The notes beneath the pieces were generated by a model. That model was given only the letters and a program-made list of their open reading frames with translations, was not told the origin of the DNA and ran no database searches. From an uncultured Verrucomicrobiae bacterium (GTDB lineage Bacteria > Verrucomicrobiota > Verrucomicrobiia > Limisphaerales > Palsa-1400): DNA of 64,000 bases. Location of the stretch: positions 96,001-160,000 of the forward strand of contig CAVPOM010000004.1 of NCBI GenBank assembly GCA_963707025.1. The letters run 5' to 3'. This document shows positions 36,939 to 47,342 of the stretch, piece by piece. Position 1 is the first letter of the stretch. Each line of letters opens with the position of its first letter. The position numbers were made by a program, and so were the translations under genes.

Positions 36939-36988
36939 ATTCTGACGATAACTGTCGTCAGAATAGCGCAGACGATAACTGTCGTCAA
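36939..36988 (-). promoter_or_regulatory. Double palindromic operator overlapping the blaI-like promoter
   Basis: Two copies of GACGATAACTGTCGTCA (36944-60, 36971-87); minus strand has TTGACG-N17-TATTCT. Confidence 0.85.
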
Positions 36989-37213
36989 GGGGTTTTTTCA
37001 GGAATTTTTCAATGGGCCGCTAATGGGTGGGCCGGGGGAAATTTCCGATTCTTAATCCTAATCCTACCCATGAACCTGCCAGGTTCACGGAAACAGTGCG
37101 GGGTCTTCTCCTTCGGACCGGATCGTTGCTGACAGCGCAAGGCAATCAATTCATTGGCTGACTTGATCCCGGACACATCTTCTTCATCGAGCCCTTTGCG
37201 CTACGTATGCGTG

Positions 37214-37296
37214 AAGGGCTTTTTCATTTTCAGCAGTTGACAACCATCAACCGAAAGTAAAACATCATGGCCGATTACTTCACCAGGTTCAGTGTG
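37214..37296 (+). repeat. Diverged direct repeat of 38185-38268 (leader, RBS and first 10 codons of the 38239 gene)
   Basis: aagggc..caaccatcaac.gaaag..aaca.catggccgatta.ttcac occurs at both sites. Confidence 0.85.
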
Positions 37297-37330
37297 ATCG
37301 TGTTCCGACGTGCTCGCTGATCCCTTCCAG

Positions 37331-38149
37331 CTAATTGGGGTTCGTGGCATGAGCGCGCAACCAAACCAAATCCGGGTTGTTCGGCGACACAGCGAGGAAT
37401 TCATGCTTTACGACCGCAACACCCGATTGCTGGCTGGCAAGAACCTCCGGACTTCGCCACCGATGAATTTCCGCGTGGCCATCCGCAAAAGTGACCGCGC
37501 CAGACCCGGCGTGATAACCGGCCGGGACATTTGCCAACTGCGGAACCACCATGTCTATCACAAAATAGCCGTCATCAACACTGTCGTCCCGCTCCTCCAC
37601 GAAAACCAGCGCAGCGCTGGGAGAAAGAACGACCAAGTCTGCGCACTTCCAAAACAACTGATAACCCTGGTTCCAAAATGTGCTGTTATATCCCATCCAA
37701 CCGCTCATGGATATGGTGCGCACCAGCGGAAAATAGCCATTGCCTTCCTTGACCATGAGTCTGCTCGCCGGGCAGCGATACAATTTCGCCGACGTCGTAT
37801 AAGGTCCGAGCGATGCCCATTGCGGATCGGTCAGCAGAACAGTGTTCGTGTTGTCCGTATTGTCCGACTGGCGGGGATCCAACCACCCCGTCACCCAGTT
37901 CGAATTTCCGCGGATGGATCCGGCTGCCCCCGCCTCACTCAGCCAATTGTTGCCCGCGATATAATCATTATTGTCATTCTCATACATGTGCCAGGCATTC
38001 TGCACCTGTTTCAAGTTGCTCATGCAATAAAGGGCATCCGCTCTGGCCTTTGCCCCGGCCAGAGTGGGAAGCAACAGGGCGGCGAGAATGGCGATGATGG
38101 TAATCACCACCAATAGCTCGATCAAGGTGAATCCTGCGTCTTTGTTCAA
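37331..38149 (-). CDS. Prepilin-type N-terminal cleavage/methylation protein with H-X9-DG motif
   Basis: [36 protein letters not shown]. Confidence 0.92.
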   Translation of the reverse strand: MNKDAGFTLIELLVVITIIAILAALLLPTLAGAKARADALYCMSNLKQVQNAWHMYENDNNDYIAGNNWLSEAGAAGSIRGNSNWVTGWLDPRQSDNTDNTNTVLLTDPQWASLGPYTTSAKLYRCPASRLMVKEGNGYFPLVRTISMSGWMGYNSTFWNQGYQLFWKCADLVVLSPSAALVFVEERDDSVDDGYFVIDMVVPQLANVPAGYHAGSGAVTFADGHAEIHRWRSPEVLASQQSGVAVVKHEFLAVSPNNPDLVWLRAHATNPN

Positions 38150-38238
38150 GGTGAATTATTCATATCAGATTTCTCGATACAGGCAAGGGCCTTTTGATTT
38201 TCGACAGTCACAACAACCATCAACAGAAAGGAAACACC

Positions 38239-38661
38239 ATGGCCGATTATTTCACTAAATTCAGCGTGCCCTTGCCCCTGCCCAATGAAGCCGCACAACG
38301 GTACGCGCTTGACCTGGATGCCAACGCCAGACGCGTCGTGCAATGCGATGCATCTGCCGAAAAACTTCCCGCCTCCGTCCTGGAGGTGATCGAAGACTGG
38401 CTCTTCGAGACGGACCCCGAAAATGCCGATGGCAAATGGGGCCTGTGGCTGCACTCCGATTATGGCGGCATCGCTGCGGTTTGTGCCTTCGTCCAGCATT
38501 TGTTGGAGAAGTTTGATCCAGAAGGCCGGGTGGCCTTCGAGTGGTCGAATGATTGCAGCAAACCGCGCCTGGACGCCTATGGCGGCGGGGCCGCCCTCAT
38601 CACCGCAAAGGAAATCAAAACCATGAACACGTCAGATTGGCTGCGCCAACACGCCGCCTGA
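38239..38661 (+). CDS. Hypothetical protein (mobile-element type)
   Basis: Strong RBS; MADYFTKFS...WSNDCSKPRLDAYGGGA. Confidence 0.7.
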   Translation: MADYFTKFSVPLPLPNEAAQRYALDLDANARRVVQCDASAEKLPASVLEVIEDWLFETDPENADGKWGLWLHSDYGGIAAVCAFVQHLLEKFDPEGRVAFEWSNDCSKPRLDAYGGGAALITAKEIKTMNTSDWLRQHAA

Positions 38662-38688
38662 CACCGTGTTCCCAACCCCGGATCAACC

Positions 38689-39171
38689 ATGCCCAAATTC
38701 GTCTGTTCGTATGCCCATGACATTGCCTGTTTTGCGGACTTTGCCGTGGAGGCCAAAAGCGAGAAGGCCGCCCTGCGTCAAATCAGGAAGGCTCTGCGCG
38801 AAGGCAAATTCGAGAACGTGGAAGCCACTCCCGCCTGGGAGAATGGCAGCACCAATGAGCGGGTCTTTGTCCAGGGTGTGGCAACGGAACATTCGACCGA
38901 CACCACCCTAGAACAACTGGTCGGACAGGAGCACATCTTCAGTACGCACACCCACCGTTGCATTCGCTGCGACAAGTCTGTTGAGGAAGCCGCCATAGAG
39001 GGACCGCTCTGCCGGCCTTATTTCATCAAATCATCAACCCAAGAAAGGAAAAACAATGAGTCACTTCACTCAAATAAAAACGCAAATCAAAGACATCACA
39101 GCCCTCCGTTCCGCGTGTCAGGAGTTGGGATTGGCCCTGCTCCAAAACGCCCAGGCCCGGGGCTATTATGA
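38689..39171 (+). CDS. Hypothetical protein (3' end uncertain, overlaps next gene)
   Basis: In the operon run; HxCxxC near the C-terminus; possible lost stop. Confidence 0.55.
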   Translation: MPKFVCSYAHDIACFADFAVEAKSEKAALRQIRKALREGKFENVEATPAWENGSTNERVFVQGVATEHSTDTTLEQLVGQEHIFSTHTHRCIRCDKSVEEAAIEGPLCRPYFIKSSTQERKNNESLHSNKNANQRHHSPPFRVSGVGIGPAPKRPGPGLL

Positions 39172-39433
39172 AAACAAAACCAAGGGCGATTTTGTCATCC
39201 GGCTCAAAGGCCCGTATGACATCGCCGTCAACAAACAACCGGACGGCACCTTTGGCCTGACGGCGGATCTTTGGGAAGGTCATGTGGAAGAGGAGGTTGG
39301 AAAAGATTACGGCAGACTCCTCCAGCTTTACGGGGTTCACAAGGCCACGATTGAAGCCAGGAAAAAGGGGCTGTCTGTGCTTCGGCGCCCACAACAAAAC
39401 GGCTCCATCAAACTCGTTCTCACGGGGGTGTAA
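39056..39433 (+). CDS. DUF1257 (Ycf35-like) protein
   Basis: MSHFTQIKTQIKD, YDIA, ADLW, LLQLY. Confidence 0.88.
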   Translation: MSHFTQIKTQIKDITALRSACQELGLALLQNAQARGYYENKTKGDFVIRLKGPYDIAVNKQPDGTFGLTADLWEGHVEEEVGKDYGRLLQLYGVHKATIEARKKGLSVLRRPQQNGSIKLVLTGV

Positions 39434-39628
39434 ATGAACAAAACAATCGAAATCATCATATCGGCTTCGGGAGAAATCCAGATTGACGCCGTGGGATTCA
39501 AAGGCCCGGATTGCGAACAAGCCACCCAGTTCCTGGAAGAGGCGCTGGGGGTGGTCGGGCAAAAAAGGAAGAAACCCGAATATCACCAATCGGCCCGAAA
39601 AACCAATCAACAAAGGCTTGGCGGATGA
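39434..39628 (+). CDS. DUF2997 protein
   Basis: GFKGPDCEQATQFLEEALG...KPEY. Confidence 0.88.
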   Translation: MNKTIEIIISASGEIQIDAVGFKGPDCEQATQFLEEALGVVGQKRKKPEYHQSARKTNQQRLGG

Positions 39629-39894
39629 AAAAACCGCCACTCGTTCGCGGCGAATACAGCGGCCATGGGTATGAGGTGTGGATTGGCGGCCGGGTCGTTT
39701 ATTCGGCCGGAAACCATGTCCACGATTCCACTCAACCGGCCATGTGTGAACACGACCGCCTGCCACTGCGCACCATCCGCAAGTTCCGCATCAAGACGAC
39801 CCGCGAGATCGCCACCGAGCGAGGCGGCCGGTTTGGCGGGGTGGCCTCGATCAGTTCCCACTGCATTGAAGCCGGCAAAGGAACCCCGAAATGA
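39625..39894 (+). CDS. Hypothetical protein, 3' end disrupted by IS remnant
   Basis: ATGA-coupled to the DUF2997 gene. Confidence 0.5.
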   Translation: MKKPPLVRGEYSGHGYEVWIGGRVVYSAGNHVHDSTQPAMCEHDRLPLRTIRKFRIKTTREIATERGGRFGGVASISSHCIEAGKGTPK

Positions 39895-39980
39895 CTTTGC
39901 CATTTGTCGGTCCGATACGTCGGCAGGCCGGCCCCGTAGCGCGCCAGCGCCAGCATGGTGCCGACGCTCGGGTCGTATAT
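39845..39980 (-). mobile_element. IS66-like transposase internal fragment
   Basis: YDPSVGTMLALARYGAGLPTYR..WQSHFGVPLPASMQWELI. Confidence 0.6.
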
Positions 39981-39986
39981 CAAGTG

Positions 39987-42149
39987 CTATCGTGCGGCCG
40001 GAGCGGGCGCGGGAGCGGATGGGAAGTCAGGCCAGCCTCCGGCATCCTTGACCCAATTGATGATGCGGCCCGTCCCGTCGCGCACTTCGCGCACGAGTCG
40101 TTCGTCCACGGCGTCGCGACGCGGCAGGACGGTGCCGGCTTCCTTAAGCACGCGCTCATAGGCGGCCAGCGCCGGCTCGGTGGTGACGGGCGGGGCGGGA
40201 AACGGCTTGGGGGCGCCGACGATTTCCCGCTCAAAATAATATCCCATCCCCCGCCAGTTGTTCTGGTTCACCTGCGGCTCCCCTTCCAGAATATTATTGG
40301 TGACGAACAACGATCCCGGCATCACCACCGCCGCGCCGTCGTGGAAGAGCCGGCGTTCTTGCGTGGTGGAAGGCCCCGTCTTCAGGTAGTTGGCCACGTA
40401 ATTGACGCGATCGAACTCCCCATAGGCCGAGGTATCTCCCCAATCGTAGATGACATTGTTTCGGAAATCGGCATCCACCGCGCCTTGGAAGCGGACGTTG
40501 CGGCTTTGGTTGTGGGCGAAGAGATTGTGCTGCCAGGTCACGCGGCATCCTCCCGCAATGGAGGCGTAGCCGTGGCCGGCGAAGTTGAGACTTTCTCCCA
40601 GAATGCACCATTGCACGGTGATGAGGTCGCTCATTTTGGTCACCGACAGGATTTTTGTGGTGGACCAGCTCAGCGAGAGGTGGTCGGCAATGCAGTTTTT
40701 GGAACCGTCGGTGAAATAAAGCGCATGCTCGCCGTCCCCGCCTTGATAGCTCACATTCTTGTCGTCCAGAAGAACCCCGTCGTCGCCAACCCGGACGCGG
40801 AAGTAGCGCAGAACCACATCGTGCGTCCGCACTTCGATTCCATGATTGCGGAGCATGATGCCGGCCCCAGGGGCGTTTTGACCATCAATGGATAAGAACG
40901 GCCTTTTGATGACGAGCGTGGATTTCAAGGGAATCACGCCACCAACTCGGAAAATGATGGTGCGCGGCCCGGATGTCTCGACCGCCTGGCGCAAACTGGC
41001 GGGCCCGGAGTCGTTGAGGTTGTCCACAAAAAGAGTCTTGCCGCCCCTGCCACCGGGGGTAAAGGCGCCGAACCCTTCGGCTCCCGGAAAGGCGGGTTCG
41101 CCGGCGATTTCTGCGGAAAGAGGATAAAGCGGGTGCTCGAGCCAGAGCGGTTTCGGAATTTCGGGAATCGGCCGCGCGTGGGTCACCGGCGCGTACGTTG
41201 CATATTCACTCTTGTTTACCAACACCAAGTCATTGTGCTGCGCGCCGCCGCGATAGGTCAGTTGCCAGCGATAGGCATGCCCCTGGTATTGCGCTGAGAT
41301 TTCGCTGCCTTCGGGCAGATTATCGAAGGTCCCTTGAATCGGGACGTGAGTTGAAACCAAGGTAACGTCATCGCGGGGCGGAATGGCATTCAGACCGATC
41401 TCCAGGCGGCAATGGCTTTGGGCGTCTTTGATTATTCGCAGCCCAGAGCGACGGGACTGAATGGTGACGGGGGTGACGCCGTGTTCATCGAGCGCAAATG
41501 AGAGCGTGGAAAGGCCGGAATGCCCGTTGGGGTCAGCCTTGCCTATGATGTAAACATAGTCAAAGACATGAATGGCGGTAGCGCGCGAGCCTTCGATCGC
41601 CAAAAGCGAATCGGCACCCCAGCCGACGCCGATGGTTAAGGTCCGGCCAACGAAGCTGCCGCCTTGAATGCGCAGAGCGGCCTTGGGCCCGTGGCCGGGA
41701 ACCCCATCGGCCGCGCCGACAAATACATCCATGACGCAATGCATGGCCCCGTTTTTGAGGACGAATTCCCCTTCCCCGCCGGTGTATTCACCCACGCGCA
41801 ACGAATCCTGCATGAGGATGAGTTGGCCGCCGTCCACGTCGACCCTGGCGTGGTCGTGGGCATCCAAACCCACCTCCAAATCGCCAGCCAGATGAATGCC
41901 GGCGGGCACCAGCACGATGCTGTTGCCGTGGACTCGCGCTCTTTGCATCGGGGTGGGCAAGCCATCCGACCAATGCGCCGCATCAGCCCAGTCCCCTGTG
42001 CCGGCAGTCCAGTCGGTGGAATATTTGGTTTCTTGCGCGTGCAAGAGAAAGGTGGCGGGGCCTAAAATGAGCGTGCCCAAGATCAAGAATTTGATGCCAT
42101 CGAGGGCGACGGATAAAAGGCGGGCCAGCATGAGCCGACCATGCACCAC
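39987..42149 (-). CDS. Pectate lyase (PL1-like) with N-terminal beta-helix-like extension
   Basis: AFPGAEGFG, GGRGG, IADHLSLSW, ITVQWCI, DFRNNVIYDWG. Confidence 0.88.
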   Translation of the reverse strand: MVHGRLMLARLLSVALDGIKFLILGTLILGPATFLLHAQETKYSTDWTAGTGDWADAAHWSDGLPTPMQRARVHGNSIVLVPAGIHLAGDLEVGLDAHDHARVDVDGGQLILMQDSLRVGEYTGGEGEFVLKNGAMHCVMDVFVGAADGVPGHGPKAALRIQGGSFVGRTLTIGVGWGADSLLAIEGSRATAIHVFDYVYIIGKADPNGHSGLSTLSFALDEHGVTPVTIQSRRSGLRIIKDAQSHCRLEIGLNAIPPRDDVTLVSTHVPIQGTFDNLPEGSEISAQYQGHAYRWQLTYRGGAQHNDLVLVNKSEYATYAPVTHARPIPEIPKPLWLEHPLYPLSAEIAGEPAFPGAEGFGAFTPGGRGGKTLFVDNLNDSGPASLRQAVETSGPRTIIFRVGGVIPLKSTLVIKRPFLSIDGQNAPGAGIMLRNHGIEVRTHDVVLRYFRVRVGDDGVLLDDKNVSYQGGDGEHALYFTDGSKNCIADHLSLSWSTTKILSVTKMSDLITVQWCILGESLNFAGHGYASIAGGCRVTWQHNLFAHNQSRNVRFQGAVDADFRNNVIYDWGDTSAYGEFDRVNYVANYLKTGPSTTQERRLFHDGAAVVMPGSLFVTNNILEGEPQVNQNNWRGMGYYFEREIVGAPKPFPAPPVTTEPALAAYERVLKEAGTVLPRRDAVDERLVREVRDGTGRIINWVKDAGGWPDFPSAPAPAPAAR

Positions 42150-42369
42150 TGGGGCATTTCGTGCAAGCAGAAGGACAACCTCAGCGGAGATTCCGCAGAT
42201 TCTTTATCGCGCCAAACCGGAAGTGGAAACCCCGCCGAACACCTGAGAAATTCTTCAAGATGGCCGAAGTCATGACCGTTAAAAAAATTTGCCAATTTGT
42301 GGAGCAGGCAGGAAATTACAAAAAAGGCGCACGCTGGTCGTGGGCCAGAAAACAAATTGGAAATCTCAA

Positions 42370-45300
42370 ATGAGCCCCTTCACAGACAGGGCGGCATTTC
42401 GGCTATCATCGTTCATTATTCTGGCGGTCGCCGCCCTGGGCTTGTCCACGCCCCGCACCGTGGTTGCCGGCTCCGCCCCCGCCATCACCACCCAGCCTCG
42501 GAACCAGACGAACTTGTCGAGCGCAAACGCGATCTTTAAGGTCGTCGCCAGCGGACAAACCCCATTGTTTTATCAATGGTCCTTCAACGGAACGAACCTG
42601 GTGGACAGCGCTCATATCGGCGGCGCAACCACCGCAACTTTGGTTGTCAGCAACGTGACTGATGGTGAGGCGGGAAATTATCTTGTCCACGTGTCCAACA
42701 GCCACGGCAGCGCAGCCAGTTCCAACGCAACGCTCACGGTGGTGATTCCGGCGTCTATCACCAGCCCGCCGGCCAGCCAGTCAGTGTTGGTGGGAAGCAA
42801 TGCGACTTTCACGGCGTCGGCGACCGGCACCGCGCCGTTGAGCTATCTGTGGCACTTCAACGGCGCCCCGCTGGTGGATGGCGGGCGGGTGAGCGGTTCT
42901 GCCACGACAAATTTGAACTTGTCGAATATCCAAACCAACGATGCCGGCTCCCATCAGTTGGTCGTGACCAACAACTACGGAAGCGCGACCAGCGCGGTGG
43001 CGGTCTTGACCGTGCTCGTTCCCCCATTCATCGCCAAGCAACCATCAAACCAGGTTGGCATACTCGCCAGCAGTGCGATATTTACAGTCGCTGCCGGTGG
43101 CACCACTCCGTTGGGCTATCAATGGAATTTCAATGGAAGCCCCCTTGCAGACGGCGGACAAATCAGCGGCGCGGCCACGACAAATCTGACGATTTCAAAC
43201 CTCCAATTCACTAACAGCGGCAGTTACGTTTTGATCATGACCAACCCGGTCGGCTCAGTGACCAGCGCGGTGGCGGTTTTGACGGTGGGTGTGCCGCCTG
43301 CCATCGTCCAGCAGCCGGTCAACCAGGTCGCGCAATGGGGTGCGGCTGCCAGCTTCAGTGTCGTCGCCACCGGAACGGAGCCGCTGAGTTATCAATGGAC
43401 TTTCAACGGCACGAATCTCGCCGGCGCGACCAACTCCGTTTTTCTCCTCAGCAACCTCCAGCCGTCGCAGGCCGGAAATTACGCCGTGACGATTACCAAT
43501 GACTTTGGCTCGTTCGTCAGTTCCAACGCAACCTTGACGGTAAACCTGGCGGCGCCCGGCGTGCCGTTCATTGCTGGTTTCAGCCCGCTCATGGCCTACC
43601 CCGGCGCCACGGTCACCATCACTGGCACCAATTTCAGTTCCGTCGCCGGCAGCAACACCGTCTATTTCGGCGCGGTGCAGGCGGCGGTGCTTTCGGCCAG
43701 CGTGACCAATCTCGTCGTGACCGTTCCCCTCGGCGCGACGTTCAGCCCCATCACCGAAACGGTCGGCGGTCTGACCGCTTATGCCAACGCGCCGTTCCTG
43801 CCCACATTCTTCAGCAGTGGCATCTTTACCAACACCTCCTTGGGGCCGCAGATTGTTCTGCCCGCTGGCAGCGGCCCCAACAAGGTGGTGATTGCGGACC
43901 TAGATGGTGACGGGAAGCCGGATTTGATTGTGGCCAACGACTACGGCAACACCATTTCGTTGTATCGGAACATCAGCACCAATGGTTCTTTGACAACCGC
44001 TTCGTTTGCGCCCCCGGTCACTTTGGTGACGCCGCCGGGGAGCTACAGCCCCTACGGTTTGGTCGTGGCAGACGTGGATGGCGACGGCAAGCCAGACATC
44101 ATCGTGTCCGACTACAACCAGTCCCTGGTGTCAGTTTACCGGAACACGAGCACGCCGAGCAACTTCAGTTCCAACTCGTTCGCCACCCGGGTGGATTTTG
44201 CGACGGGTATCAATCCCCAAGGCGTTGAAGTCAGGGACCTGGATGGGGACGGCAAACCCGATCTCCTGGTGGCCAACTCAGGTGACGGGACGGTTTCCCT
44301 TTTCCGCAACACGGGCGTGGTCGGCAGTCTAACCACCAATTTATTCGCGCCGCGGGTGGACATTGCCACCGGCGCCGGTTGCGACCATGTGGCGGTGGCC
44401 GACTTGGACGGCGACGGCCTGCCGGACATCGTCACGGCCAATAATGGGGCCGGCACCTTGTCCGTGCTCCGCAACCTCGGCACACCCGGCAGCCTCACTG
44501 CCAGTTCCTTTGCTCCTGCGGTAAACATCCCCGTCTTGAGCGAACCGGTCCAGTTGGCCATCGGCGATCTGGATGGCGACGGCAAACCGGACATCATCGT
44601 GACCTTCTATCTGCCAGAGACCACCGTCTCGGTGCTTCGCAATATCAGCACCGTCGGCAGCCTGACCACCAATTCGTTTGCGGCTCGGGTGGATTTTCCG
44701 CTGGGTGGCCGGGGCCACACGCCGGCCCTCGCCGATTTGGACGGCAGCGGCAAACCGGATCTGGCGGTGGTCACCGAATTAAGCAGCCTGCTTTCCATTT
44801 TCCGCAACGTGAGCACGCCCGGCAGTTTTACGAGCAGCTCATTGGCGCCGCGGATTGACTTTGCCACGGGTTACAACGCCTGGGGCGCGGCGATGGGCGA
44901 TCTGGACGGCGATGGCCGGCCAGACATCGTCTTTGCCAACACTTACGACAACACCATCTCGATTTATCAAAACGAAGTGCCCTTCGGCGGCCCGCCCGTC
45001 ATCAGCGCGTCGCCGGCCAATTCGTTGGTTCCGCTGAACGGCACGGTGCAACTCACGGGAACCGTCATTGGCCAGTCGCCGTTGAGTTATCAATGGTATT
45101 TCAGCGGCACCAACCTGACGGACAACGGACGCGTCACCGGCTCGGCCACCGGCACGTTGAGCATTTCCAACGCGCTGTTTTCCGACGCGGGCAGTTATTA
45201 TTTCGTGGTCACCAATTCCCTCGGCGCGGCGACCAGTTCGGTGGCCGTCGTCACAGTTTTGGTTCCGCAAACGATTACCTTGCAGCCAACGAACCAGACG

Positions 45301-47082
45301 GTGCTGCAAGGCTCGAACGTCACCTTTGCCAGCGCAGCGACTGGCGACGCGCCATTGGGTTACCAATGGCTTTTTAACGGAACGCCATTGGCAGACGGCG
45401 GTTCCATTTCCGGTTCCGCCACTGTCAGTTTAATCGTCTCAAATTTCCAGCCTGCAAATTTGGGCAATTACACTGTGGTCGTCACCAACCTCGTCGGTTC
45501 CGTCACCAGTGCCATTGCCACCGTCACCATTCTCAATCCGCTGATTGCCACACAACCGCGAAGCCAATCCGTGTTAGGCGGTGCGACAGTCAACTTCAGT
45601 GTGACTGCCACCGGCCAGCAACCGCTGGCGTGGCAATGGCAGTTCAATGGAACCAATTTGCCGGGTGCCACGAACAACCCCCTGGTGTTGAGCAACGTGC
45701 TCGTCAGCCAGTCGGGACTTTACTCCGTCGTCGTCACCAATTTCTACGGCATGGCCGTCAGTTCCAACGTCACGCTCACTGTGTTGCCGCTGCTCATCAC
45801 CACCCAACCGGCCAATCAAATCGCGTGGCCGAACGGCTTCGCCACGTTCAAAGTCAACGTCTCGGGCCAGCCGCCCTTTGGCTTTGACTGGCAGTGCAAC
45901 GGCGTGGATGTTCCCGGAACATGGACTAATGTGCTGACGCTGACCAACGTGCAACCGCAGCAATTTGGGACTTGCCACGTCATCGTCAGCAACGCTTACG
46001 GCAGTGTTGCCAGCAGCAATGCGACTTTGTCGTTTTCGCAAGTGGCAGTTTGGGGCGGGAACTCGGGAGAAACCAACCTTACGGCCGGTTTGACCAATAT
46101 CATTGCCATCGCTGGCGGCGGCTATGAGCGGATGGACTGTCTGGCGCTAAGGAGCAACGGCATGGCCATTCATTGGCCGGCTACGAATATCACCGCCGTT
46201 ACCACCAACATCCTGGCTATCGCCGGCGGTGGCGGTCAGGGGCCGCCTTTCCTGGTGCTGGAGCGCAACGGCACGGTGGCGGAATGGTTGGTGGATGATA
46301 TTATCGAGCCACTCTCCGGCCTCACCAACAGCGTTGCCATCGCTCCCTGCATTTACGCGCCTTTCGCCTTGAGGACTAACGGCACACTGGTGGGCGGTAA
46401 TTCGCCCGGCACCGCCCAAGGGCTGGGAACGCTAACCAATATTATAAATGCCGTTGCGATTTCCGAAGGCTCCGGTTTCAGCATGGCGTTAAAAGCTGAT
46501 CGCACCGTGACCGCTTGGGGAAGCAACAATTACGGACAAACCAACGTCCCGGCGGGTTTGAGCAACGTCATTGCCATCGCCGCCGGCTATTGTCATGGCC
46601 TCGCGCTCAAGAGCGACGGCACAGTCACGGCTTGGGGCCTCAATAGTTACGGCCAAACCAACGTCCCTCCCGGCTTGAGCAACGTCGTCGCGATTGCGGC
46701 CGGGATATACCACAGCCTGGCGTTGCTGGCCAATGGCACTGTCGTGGCGTGGGGTTACAACTTCTACGGCCAGACCAACGTGCCGTCCGGTCTGACCAAC
46801 GTTATCACCATCGCCGCAGGCGCGTATCACAGCATGGCATTGATCGGCAACGGCCCGCCGGTTTCAAGCGCGCTCCTGGCGGGCCCGAATGTCGGCACAA
46901 ATGGCTTCAGTCTTTCCCTGCCAAGCCAGAGCGGCCGGGTCTATGTTCTGCAATATGAGAACTCGTTGTCTGACACCAGCTGGAATTCCCTGCCGCCCGT
47001 GCCGGGCAACGGCGGTACGCTGCTCCTGACGGACCCATCCCCCGCCAACCAGCAACGCTTCTACCGCGTCCAAAGGTGGTAG
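42370..47082 (+). CDS. Large surface protein with Ig-like repeats, IPT/TIG, FG-GAP/VCBS propeller and RCC1-like repeats
   Basis: Repeated PLSYQWxFNG Ig motifs, DLDGDGKPD repeats, AIAAGxxHSLAL..WGxNxYGQTNVP repeats, terminal RFYRV. Confidence 0.9.
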   Translation: MSPFTDRAAFRLSSFIILAVAALGLSTPRTVVAGSAPAITTQPRNQTNLSSANAIFKVVASGQTPLFYQWSFNGTNLVDSAHIGGATTATLVVSNVTDGEAGNYLVHVSNSHGSAASSNATLTVVIPASITSPPASQSVLVGSNATFTASATGTAPLSYLWHFNGAPLVDGGRVSGSATTNLNLSNIQTNDAGSHQLVVTNNYGSATSAVAVLTVLVPPFIAKQPSNQVGILASSAIFTVAAGGTTPLGYQWNFNGSPLADGGQISGAATTNLTISNLQFTNSGSYVLIMTNPVGSVTSAVAVLTVGVPPAIVQQPVNQVAQWGAAASFSVVATGTEPLSYQWTFNGTNLAGATNSVFLLSNLQPSQAGNYAVTITNDFGSFVSSNATLTVNLAAPGVPFIAGFSPLMAYPGATVTITGTNFSSVAGSNTVYFGAVQAAVLSASVTNLVVTVPLGATFSPITETVGGLTAYANAPFLPTFFSSGIFTNTSLGPQIVLPAGSGPNKVVIADLDGDGKPDLIVANDYGNTISLYRNISTNGSLTTASFAPPVTLVTPPGSYSPYGLVVADVDGDGKPDIIVSDYNQSLVSVYRNTSTPSNFSSNSFATRVDFATGINPQGVEVRDLDGDGKPDLLVANSGDGTVSLFRNTGVVGSLTTNLFAPRVDIATGAGCDHVAVADLDGDGLPDIVTANNGAGTLSVLRNLGTPGSLTASSFAPAVNIPVLSEPVQLAIGDLDGDGKPDIIVTFYLPETTVSVLRNISTVGSLTTNSFAARVDFPLGGRGHTPALADLDGSGKPDLAVVTELSSLLSIFRNVSTPGSFTSSSLAPRIDFATGYNAWGAAMGDLDGDGRPDIVFANTYDNTISIYQNEVPFGGPPVISASPANSLVPLNGTVQLTGTVIGQSPLSYQWYFSGTNLTDNGRVTGSATGTLSISNALFSDAGSYYFVVTNSLGAATSSVAVVTVLVPQTITLQPTNQTVLQGSNVTFASAATGDAPLGYQWLFNGTPLADGGSISGSATVSLIVSNFQPANLGNYTVVVTNLVGSVTSAIATVTILNPLIATQPRSQSVLGGATVNFSVTATGQQPLAWQWQFNGTNLPGATNNPLVLSNVLVSQSGLYSVVVTNFYGMAVSSNVTLTVLPLLITTQPANQIAWPNGFATFKVNVSGQPPFGFDWQCNGVDVPGTWTNVLTLTNVQPQQFGTCHVIVSNAYGSVASSNATLSFSQVAVWGGNSGETNLTAGLTNIIAIAGGGYERMDCLALRSNGMAIHWPATNITAVTTNILAIAGGGGQGPPFLVLERNGTVAEWLVDDIIEPLSGLTNSVAIAPCIYAPFALRTNGTLVGGNSPGTAQGLGTLTNIINAVAISEGSGFSMALKADRTVTAWGSNNYGQTNVPAGLSNVIAIAAGYCHGLALKSDGTVTAWGLNSYGQTNVPPGLSNVVAIAAGIYHSLALLANGTVVAWGYNFYGQTNVPSGLTNVITIAAGAYHSMALIGNGPPVSSALLAGPNVGTNGFSLSLPSQSGRVYVLQYENSLSDTSWNSLPPVPGNGGTLLLTDPSPANQQRFYRVQRW

Positions 47083-47342
47083 CGCCGGAATCCAGTTTCC
47101 AACGAGAACCAAAGGATGCCTTACTGCACAGCCCGCAGAATCCCGTTCGCGAAACACAGGGTCGCTGTGCCGGTTGTGAACAGCCTTGTAATTTAATCTC
47201 GAAACACCCAGCCTCGGCGGCCACTTCCCGCTCTTGAACTTGCTATCAATGCAGCCATGAATTCTCAACTCGGCCTGGGAAACAACCGTGGACGCTCAGA
47301 CGGGTACTTCACTGCTTCTGGCCAAGTTCCATAAAACAATTG

